A DNA stretch of 64,000 nt from Candidatus Muiribacterium halophilum (GTDB lineage: Bacteria; Muiribacteriota; Muiribacteriia; Muiribacteriales; Muiribacteriaceae). Shown here in pieces: positions 8,878 to 16,054 of this stretch. The stretch is taken from contig JALOAD010000001.1 in the NCBI GenBank assembly GCA_023228995.1, positions 84,603 to 148,602 on the forward strand, in the 5' to 3' direction. Both the position numbers and the translations under genes were made by a program. Numbering within the stretch: the stretch's first letter is position 1; each line of letters opens with the position of its first letter. The notes under the pieces are model-generated. The model had not been told where the DNA came from and ran no database searches. It saw only the letters and a program-made list of their open reading frames with translations.

Positions 8878-11439
8878 CTACTCCATTATAATACAATAAT
8901 CATTTTTTAATTCAAACATATATGTTTTAGTCTTTCTGGAATTTACAAGTGTATCCATAAATATCTTCCTAAGACTGTGTACACTTACTCTTAGAAGATT
9001 CAAGTCTGACAAATCTTCAAGTTTTCTTCCCCATACTTTTTCATAAATTTCATCTGAATTTAATTCTTTTCCTATATTAACACAAAAAAGTTTTAAAAGT
9101 TTTAATAATATGGTCTTTTTAAAAATATCATGTTTTTTTCCAAATACTAAAATTTCTTGATTAATAAAATCAATATAAATGTTATATTTCTCTTTTTTAC
9201 TGCTATATTCTTTCATTTCATAATATTCAATTTTTCTTTTAACACCGTTTACATTAATTTCAAAAAAACTACCACTTTGGTTTTTTTCAACAATAAATCT
9301 CAATCTATTTATTTCTCTAACTATAATAACAGAATTATAAAATGATAATCCTTGAATTATATTATTAATATCCTTGTTTTCTATCATATTTACTATTGAT
9401 TCAGCAAATACTTTCATATATTCCCAATCAGAAATATTTAAACTTTCTATTTCATTTTTTAAATTAATTTTATCTTTATCAATAATATATTTTAACACGA
9501 TATAATCTAAAAAAAACAAGTTATAAAATATGTAATAATTATTTTCTTTAAAAAATTTTAAGCTTTGCTCTATTTTAATATAAGCTTTGTAATAATCGTT
9601 TTTTAAAATATATATATGACCTAGTAATGCACTGTAAAAACCGTTTGTATTTTCCAATTCAAGAAATTTATCACCTGTTATTCCAAAAATTGATTTTTTT
9701 TCAAAAATTTTAATATATAAAATAACATATACAATTCTCTTATTAATAGTCTTTGCTTTATCATAATCTGCATAATATAAAAATTGTCTATAATACTCAT
9801 AAGCTTTCATTTTTGATCTTTTTGATAATTCAACAAGCGATAAATTAAAATATATATCTGATAATTTTTGTTTGTCATAATATGGATATTTTTCAATTAT
9901 ATCATTTAATACAAAATGACATTTATCATGTTCCATGAGATATAAATAACATTCACCCATTAATGCTTTTAAATTAATAAGTAATTTAAGCGAAACATTT
10001 TCACTTGATTTATCAATAAAATCTTTAAGATTTATTATACAGCTTTGAAGTAAACATAATTCTCTTTCTTTAAAAATTGTAATATATTGTATAATTATTT
10101 TTTCAGGTTTCGTTAAATTATCTGTTTTTAATTGTTCTTTAAATGAATTATTCAAATAAAAGGAATTTACTTTCAATAATAAATCTCTTTTTTTAGAATC
10201 ACATAATCTTTCTACATTTTCAATAAAAATATTTTTCTTTTCTTTTGTTAAAGCTTGTATCCACATATTATAATAATAAATTTCATCGTTAAATTCGCAA
10301 AGATATTCAATGTTTTCTTCAAGAAAAATATTCAAGTCAATATTATTTACAAAATCTATTGGAAAATTTTCAAAAGCATTTTTTATATATAAACAACATT
10401 TAAAATAATCTTCCGATGATTTAGAAAAAGTTATATATTCAAAAAAATTATCGACTGAAAATATATATTTTTCTTCGTAAAATTCAAGTATTTTTTTAGA
10501 TGTTTTTGTTATAATTTTTTTATCTGAATTATTAAGAATTGATATTTTCATCATATCTGAACATTTAATATTATTATCAATATCTTGTTCAATTACAAAA
10601 TGATTTTTTAAAAAATTTATATCATCTTCTTTAATATTAAAAAAATCAATAAAGTTTTTTTTATTTACTGCTATATTAAAAAAAGATAATAAAAACGTTA
10701 TTTCCTTCCTTTTTTGTGTAAGACCTTCATAATCAAGATAATTAATTTCTTTATTTATTGCATTAAGAAATGCATTTCCTTCAAATATATCATTTATTGA
10801 AAAATCATAACTTGTAAAAAGTGATATAAAAACTTTAATATATAAAGGAATTCCACCTGTTTTTTTATAAATTTTATTAAGCCAAAAAGAAGATATTTTT
10901 TTGTTATTTTGTCCTATAGAAATTTTTTCAACAAGTTTTACAAACTCAATATAATCAAGTTTTTTAACATTATAATGATAAATATCACTTTTTACACTTA
11001 AAGGAATTTCGATAAATTGTGAAGATAAAACAATAAGTTTTGAATTGTAAAAAATATCAAAAGCTTCTCTTATAAACTCTGAATGATCAATAAGACAAAA
11101 ATTGAAATTATCAAGTAAAATATAATTATTGTTTTTTTCTAAATATTCCAGAAATTCTCGAATATTGGCATTTTGATTGATTTTTAAATTATATTTAGTA
11201 TTTAGTAAATTGATTAATTCTTTAAAATCCATATTTCTTGTTACTTTAGCATATAATATTTTATTGTTTTTTCTATCAATATTAATATTTTCTAGAGCTT
11301 TTATAATAAAAGAAGTTTTACCAACTCCACGCATTCCATATATAAAAAAAATTGAAAAATCGTTGAATTTGTTTTTTAATCTTTCAATTTCATCTTTTCT
11401 ACCAGTAAAATTAACTAATTTTGAAAATTCTCTTTTCAT
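8878..11439 (-). CDS. STAND-type P-loop NTPase (AAA_16-like, helical/TPR-like middle) with a C-terminal OmpR/PhoB-type winged-helix DNA-binding domain
   Basis: 853 aa. FTGRKDEIERL + Walker A GMRGVGKTSF + Walker B-like YILLDNFNF in the first 120 aa. A long helical repeat region follows. The C-terminus (DIFKKTILLKLLKLF..GKELNSDEIYEKVWG....LLRVSVHSLRKIF) aligns with the Trans_reg_C motif (EF.LL.LL....G.V.sRe.L...VWG.......rtVdVHIrRLRKKL). Confidence 0.75.
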   Translation of the reverse strand: MKREFSKLVNFTGRKDEIERLKNKFNDFSIFFIYGMRGVGKTSFIIKALENINIDRKNNKILYAKVTRNMDFKELINLLNTKYNLKINQNANIREFLEYLEKNNNYILLDNFNFCLIDHSEFIREAFDIFYNSKLIVLSSQFIEIPLSVKSDIYHYNVKKLDYIEFVKLVEKISIGQNNKKISSFWLNKIYKKTGGIPLYIKVFISLFTSYDFSINDIFEGNAFLNAINKEINYLDYEGLTQKRKEITFLLSFFNIAVNKKNFIDFFNIKEDDINFLKNHFVIEQDIDNNIKCSDMMKISILNNSDKKIITKTSKKILEFYEEKYIFSVDNFFEYITFSKSSEDYFKCCLYIKNAFENFPIDFVNNIDLNIFLEENIEYLCEFNDEIYYYNMWIQALTKEKKNIFIENVERLCDSKKRDLLLKVNSFYLNNSFKEQLKTDNLTKPEKIIIQYITIFKERELCLLQSCIINLKDFIDKSSENVSLKLLINLKALMGECYLYLMEHDKCHFVLNDIIEKYPYYDKQKLSDIYFNLSLVELSKRSKMKAYEYYRQFLYYADYDKAKTINKRIVYVILYIKIFEKKSIFGITGDKFLELENTNGFYSALLGHIYILKNDYYKAYIKIEQSLKFFKENNYYIFYNLFFLDYIVLKYIIDKDKINLKNEIESLNISDWEYMKVFAESIVNMIENKDINNIIQGLSFYNSVIIVREINRLRFIVEKNQSGSFFEINVNGVKRKIEYYEMKEYSSKKEKYNIYIDFINQEILVFGKKHDIFKKTILLKLLKLFCVNIGKELNSDEIYEKVWGRKLEDLSDLNLLRVSVHSLRKIFMDTLVNSRKTKTYMFELKNDYCIIME

Positions 11440-12227
11440 TTTTTTTCCTTAAAACATTGTGATAAGATTTTAAATGCTTTACTTGGACAAGCAATAATAT
11501 CTTTTTTAAGCGGTTTTCCATTTAAAATATCATAATCAAAAAATAAATCTTCTCCATCTATATATTTCACACAAAGACCTGAAGCATAACAAATACTAAC
11601 AGCGCCTAAAATATCCCATATTTTAACTTTACCACAATGAGCAGCAAGTACACTTGATTTTGCAGCAAAAACAAGATGAAGAGCAGTCGAACCAAAAGAT
11701 CTTAATTTACCTGGAAATTTTATTGAAATATTTCTCATACTTTTGGAATCAATACATATAGAATCTGTTTTACAAAGATCTTCACGGTTAAAGACACAGG
11801 AATTAATTTCAGAATAATTAAGAAATGCACCAAAATCAGGTCCACCATAATAAAGTTCATCAAATATTGGAGAATATATAAGTCCAAAATAAGGTTTTTT
11901 ATCTTTCAGAAGTCCAATACTTATGCACCAGCCAGGAAGTTTCATTGCATAAGAATGAGTGCCATCGATTGGATCGACAGCCCATATAAATTCAGATTCT
12001 AAATTCAAATTATTATTATTACCTTCTTCACCTATAACAATTCCTTCAAATTCCTCTTCTAATTTACTTTTTATAAATATTTCAATTTCCTTATCAGCAA
12101 TTGTTACATGAGAACCATCTGGTTTTAAATCGTATCCAGTAAATGGATTTTTATAATATCTTAAAGCAATTTCACCTGCTTGTTTTATTATTTCTACAGT
12201 TTTTGTAATTAATTTTTCATTTTCCAT
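11436..12227 (-). CDS. Inositol-monophosphatase (FIG/IMPase) family phosphatase (SuhB/CysQ-like)
   Basis: Motifs IGEEG, WAVDPIDGTHSY (WxxDPxDGT) and KIWDILGAVSI (WDxxA). The ORF track begins at a TTG at 12272, but that TTGACT looks like a -35 box. The ATG at 12227 (MENEKL) has a GAGGA SD. Stop overlaps the STAND start (ATGA). Confidence 0.8.
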   Translation of the reverse strand: MENEKLITKTVEIIKQAGEIALRYYKNPFTGYDLKPDGSHVTIADKEIEIFIKSKLEEEFEGIVIGEEGNNNNLNLESEFIWAVDPIDGTHSYAMKLPGWCISIGLLKDKKPYFGLIYSPIFDELYYGGPDFGAFLNYSEINSCVFNREDLCKTDSICIDSKSMRNISIKFPGKLRSFGSTALHLVFAAKSSVLAAHCGKVKIWDILGAVSICYASGLCVKYIDGEDLFFDYDILNGKPLKKDIIACPSKAFKILSQCFKEKK

Positions 12228-12239
12228 AATATCCTCAAG

Positions 12240-12278
12240 ATAAATACTACAATTCCAATAGTATAAAGTCAAAAAAAA
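12240..12278 (-). promoter_or_regulatory. Putative sigma70-type promoter of the IMPase-STAND-SH3-SIR2 operon (TTGACT-17bp-TAGTAT, then GAGGA SD)
   Basis: Minus-strand read: tttttttttGACTttatactattggaattgTAGTATttatcttGAGGAtattATG. It sits immediately after the subtilase terminator. Confidence 0.35.
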
Positions 12279-12302
12279 AGTGCAGATTTCTCTGCACTTT
12301 TT
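12271..12302. terminator. Bidirectional rho-independent terminator (A-run, AGTGCAGA-tttc-TCTGCACT, T-run)
   Basis: Perfect 8-bp stem flanked by A9 and T5. On the minus strand it ends the subtilase gene. Confidence 0.65.
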
Positions 12303-12333
12303 GGAATTTTTAACTAGCTATACAATTTTGAAG

Positions 12334-13746
12334 TTAAAAAGCAAATTCAATTGCAAGTCTTTTTTCAAAATCAGTCATTGGAGCTCTTAAATGTAATGAT
12401 CTTGTGATGTTATCAGCAATTTCATCCATTGAAGCAGAAATTGCATCATTGATATTAGCAAGTGATTTTGAATATCTTGCTGCCTGAACTGCTCTGTTTA
12501 TATTTATTACTCCGCCTGAAATAACTTTATCTGAAAGCCAGTCTTTTTTGTCAACTGTTTTCATTATTATATCTTTAACTTCAACAGCTGTGAGTTCAGG
12601 GTTTTCATTAAGCATAAGTGTAGCAACTCTCGCAGCATAAGGAGCAGCCTGAGAAGTACCAGACATATAACCCATTTTACCATTAGGATAAGTTGATAAT
12701 ATATTAACACCAGGAACAGCTACATCAACTTTATTTATAGCAAAACATGAAAAAACAGCAAGGTTTTTATCATTATCAGTTGCTGCAACAACAAGTTTAT
12801 TGTCAATTTTTACATCATTTGGAGATGATACAATGTTTTCGAGATTTTCAGAAGAATTCCCAGCTGCTATTACAATTAAAGCATTAGGAACTTTTGAGAA
12901 AAGCTCTTTATCTTTTGGAAGTAGAGCAAGTTCAACAAAAAGATTGACCATTTCTTGAACATCTTCTTCAGTAGGATTTGCAAAACCCCATTGTTCAACC
13001 ATAGTTTGTTTAAAAGAAGCCATAAGCTGTTGGTTTTCAGTACCAAATGAACAGTTAATAACTCTAGGTGCTAATTCTCCAACATAATCTCTTTCTTTTG
13101 CAACACCTTGAGCCTGCTGCATACCCATATAAGCAAAATAATTTTTAATTTCTTCCATTGTAGGAGCTTTTTCTTCTCCACTTCTTGTAGTAAGAGATGC
13201 TCTTAAACCTCTTGCAGCATCTTCAATAAGCTGAGCTACTGGTGGTTCTCCAACTGGAATATGAGAAATTGCTTTCATATTAATTACATCGTTATTTCTA
13301 GCGATAATACCGCCAACATGTGAACCATGAGCCCATCCACCTGTAAAATTAACCCATGCATTGAATTCTTTATTTTGATAATTAGTTAAAAGAAAATTGA
13401 ATTCATCCGCACTTAAAGAATCTTTACCGTAAACTGTGAGTTTACCAATAAGTTCCATAAATCTAAGAACATCATCATATCTTGGTGGCTGATATTCTGA
13501 ATGAACAAGAGTTCCAGTGTTTTCTACAAAATTCCAACCATAAATATCATCAATATAACCGTTACCATCTTCATCTACACCTTCAATTCCATTAAATTCA
13601 GCTAAATTAATATCAGCAACAGGTCCAAGTTTTTCATGATTAAAATCAGTACCTGAATCCATTACTAATACTGGAATTTTTGAGTCAGCAAATGAATTTA
13701 AACTAAGAATTGCTACCATAGTTATTGCTATCATGCTTTTTTTCAT
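12334..13746 (-). CDS. Secreted subtilisin-like serine protease (peptidase S8)
   Basis: Signal peptide. Catalytic triad contexts VLVMDSGTD (Asp), GGWAHGSHVGGIIA (His), GTSQAAPYAARVATLM (Ser). Confidence 0.8.
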   Translation of the reverse strand: MKKSMIAITMVAILSLNSFADSKIPVLVMDSGTDFNHEKLGPVADINLAEFNGIEGVDEDGNGYIDDIYGWNFVENTGTLVHSEYQPPRYDDVLRFMELIGKLTVYGKDSLSADEFNFLLTNYQNKEFNAWVNFTGGWAHGSHVGGIIARNNDVINMKAISHIPVGEPPVAQLIEDAARGLRASLTTRSGEEKAPTMEEIKNYFAYMGMQQAQGVAKERDYVGELAPRVINCSFGTENQQLMASFKQTMVEQWGFANPTEEDVQEMVNLFVELALLPKDKELFSKVPNALIVIAAGNSSENLENIVSSPNDVKIDNKLVVAATDNDKNLAVFSCFAINKVDVAVPGVNILSTYPNGKMGYMSGTSQAAPYAARVATLMLNENPELTAVEVKDIIMKTVDKKDWLSDKVISGGVININRAVQAARYSKSLANINDAISASMDEIADNITRSLHLRAPMTDFEKRLAIEFAF

Positions 13747-13819
13747 ACTTTATTCCTCCATACAAAAATACTTACCATTATTATAATCGAATACAACAAA
13801 TATATCTACAACTTTTTTT

Positions 13820-15061
13820 TTAAGACTCTTGAATTGGAAGTTCTATTCTAAAACCAGCTCCACTTCCCTGTTTTGAATAAACGAAAAAATTACCATTGTG
13901 ATTTTCTGTAATAACAAAATAGCTTATTGCAAGACCTAATCCAGTACCTTTTCCAACATCTTTTGTAGTAAAAAAAGGCTCAAATATTCTTCTTTTTACC
14001 TCATCTTTAATATAAGGTCCATTATTCCATATATCAATTGTCAAATAAACTTCATCAGAAAATACATCAATCCTAATTTCAGGATTCAAAACTTCCGCAT
14101 AAAACAACTCATGAGCGGCATTTTTTAATATATTAACAATTACCTGTTCAATTTCAATTTTATTACATAAAATATCTTTAATATCACTATGTATATTTTT
14201 TCTAATTTTAACCTTTTTAAAATCATATTTATTTTCAGAATTATATTCATTATTTAAAAGATTTAAACAATCATCAAAAATCCCAGAAATATTGCATAAC
14301 ATTTTGCTTTTAGAACTTTTTCTTGAAAAAGAAAGCATATTTGAAATAATATTAGTTGCTTTTAAACTAGATTTTTTAATATCATTTATAAATTTAATTA
14401 CAGTTCTATTTTCAAGATATTGATCAATTTTTTTTATATCTACACCTATTTCTTCAGCAAATTTAATATTTTTAGGATTATTTTTATCAATTCTTCTTGT
14501 AATATTTTGAACAGCTTGATTTATACCAGATAATGGATTATTAATCTCGTGAGCCATACCAGCTGCAAGACTTCCAATACTAATCATTTTTTCATTTTGT
14601 AAAAGAATTTCTTGAAATTTCACCGAATTTGTAACATCATCAATTCTAATAACAGCACCAGCTCTATAATCAAAACTAATTGGAAATACAGTAATATCAA
14701 TATAAGTGTTTGTTGATTTAATAAAAATTTTAGATAATGTTTCAGTAATTCCGCCTAATAAAGTTCTTTTTACAATTTCAAATGAACCTGGAATATCTTC
14801 AAGAATAGTTTCTATTTTTTGTCCAACTAATTTTTCTTCAGGTAAATCAAAAAAATCTATTGCTCCAAGATTAACTTTTTCAATTGTAAAATCATCTTTT
14901 ACACTTATTATAACCGATGGCATAAAGTTAAATATGCTGTAAAAATATTTTGTAGTATCATCAAGAGCTTTAGTTCTTTTAATAACTTCTCTTCTTAATT
15001 TTTTATTAATATAATAAAAAAAGGTAAATATCATAATACTAATTCCAATAAGCATAACCAT
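13820..15061 (-). CDS. Sensor histidine kinase, PAS + HisKA + HATPase_c portion (C-terminal part of a frameshifted binding-domain/kinase fusion)
   Basis: H-box MAHEINNPLSGINQAVQNI. ATPase G-boxes DIWNNGPYI and GKGTGLGLAISY. N-terminal TM helix. Confidence 0.85.
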   Translation of the reverse strand: MVMLIGISIMIFTFFYYINKKLRREVIKRTKALDDTTKYFYSIFNFMPSVIISVKDDFTIEKVNLGAIDFFDLPEEKLVGQKIETILEDIPGSFEIVKRTLLGGITETLSKIFIKSTNTYIDITVFPISFDYRAGAVIRIDDVTNSVKFQEILLQNEKMISIGSLAAGMAHEINNPLSGINQAVQNITRRIDKNNPKNIKFAEEIGVDIKKIDQYLENRTVIKFINDIKKSSLKATNIISNMLSFSRKSSKSKMLCNISGIFDDCLNLLNNEYNSENKYDFKKVKIRKNIHSDIKDILCNKIEIEQVIVNILKNAAHELFYAEVLNPEIRIDVFSDEVYLTIDIWNNGPYIKDEVKRRIFEPFFTTKDVGKGTGLGLAISYFVITENHNGNFFVYSKQGSGAGFRIELPIQES

Positions 15062-15279
15062 AGAAATTGCAAAAATTCTTGAAAATCTATCTGCGTTATT
15101 TAAAAGATTATAATTAATCCATTTTCTGTATATTTCAAGTTTTTTTTCATAATCAATTTCATTTAAAGCTTTATTAAAAATATCTCTTAAAATAACATTA
15201 TCTTTTGAAAATCCAAATGTATTTTTAATTCTAAAATTAATTTCTCCTGAAATATATAAATTAGTAAAATTCTCTTTTT

Positions 15280-15885
15280 CTAAAAAAAAGAAATTGGAGC
15301 AATATTATCAATAAAATAATCAACAATACCCAAAGAAACCATCTTTAATCCAGTAGATATATCATGAACAAGATTAAAATTTAATTCTGGATATTTATCG
15401 CTAAGATAATCATAACTTGAATAACCTTTAACCAAAGCTATTGTTTTATTTGCAAGCATTTCTTCGCTTATAGCAGTTTTTATTCTGTTTCTTGAAACAA
15501 TAACAGCTGGAAAATCAAGATAAAAATCAGAAAAAATATATTTTTGAAGCTTTATATTTGTTATTGCAACACTAGTCATTAAATGTGATTTTTTTTCATC
15601 AATTTTTGATAAATAATCTCTATCATAATAAATATTAAATTTAATATTTAATAATTTAGAAATCTCAATTAAATAATCAGAAGAAATACCTTGATATATT
15701 CCATTATTATCAAAAAATTCAATTGGACTATAAGAACCGTCTGTATATATTGTGAGAATTGGATTTTCTTTTAAATATTGAATTTCTTCATTTGTTAAAT
15801 TAATTCCAAAAGTATTATATGAAAAAAATATCAATAAAAATATAAATTTGAAAACAAAAGATTTACAACAAAAAGTATTTTTCAT
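15280..15885 (-). CDS. Periplasmic solute-binding domain (SBP_bac_3-like), N-terminal part of the same sensor kinase, truncated by a frameshift
   Basis: Signal peptide + LTIYTDGSYSPIEFFDNNGIYQGISSDYLIEISKLLN (family-3 SBP fold). The frame continuing after the T8 run at 15282-15289 reads ...DIFNKALNEIDYEKKLEIYRKW... straight into the kinase start MVMLIGIS. Confidence 0.7.
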   Translation of the reverse strand: MKNTFCCKSFVFKFIFLLIFFSYNTFGINLTNEEIQYLKENPILTIYTDGSYSPIEFFDNNGIYQGISSDYLIEISKLLNIKFNIYYDRDYLSKIDEKKSHLMTSVAITNIKLQKYIFSDFYLDFPAVIVSRNRIKTAISEEMLANKTIALVKGYSSYDYLSDKYPELNFNLVHDISTGLKMVSLGIVDYFIDNIAPISFF

Positions 15886-16054
15886 AAATAGGATAATATC
15901 ATATTATTAGTAAAAAGCATAGTAAAAACAACAATTAAGTAGTATGTAAAGCGTATAAGAACAGTATGCGAGTATATGGTGCGTATAAGAGCGTGAAATA
16001 GTGAAGTGGTGAGATAGGAAAATCTTTAAATCCATTTCACTATTTCTCTATCTT

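Larger units (their letters stand above)
13820..15885 (-). pseudogene. SBP-PAS histidine kinase interrupted by a 1-nt frameshift in a T8 homopolymer (15282-15289). Candidate phase-variable locus, pseudogene or sequencing error.
   Basis: Adding one T to the run fuses the 201-aa and 413-aa ORFs into one ~689-aa protein of canonical architecture. Confidence 0.45.

Noticed and set aside
12270-12272. TTG start codon assigned to the IMPase ORF
   Set aside because: This TTG is part of a TTGACT -35-like hexamer abutting the terminator T-run. An ATG with a GAGGA SD lies 45 nt downstream, so the annotation was moved to 12227.
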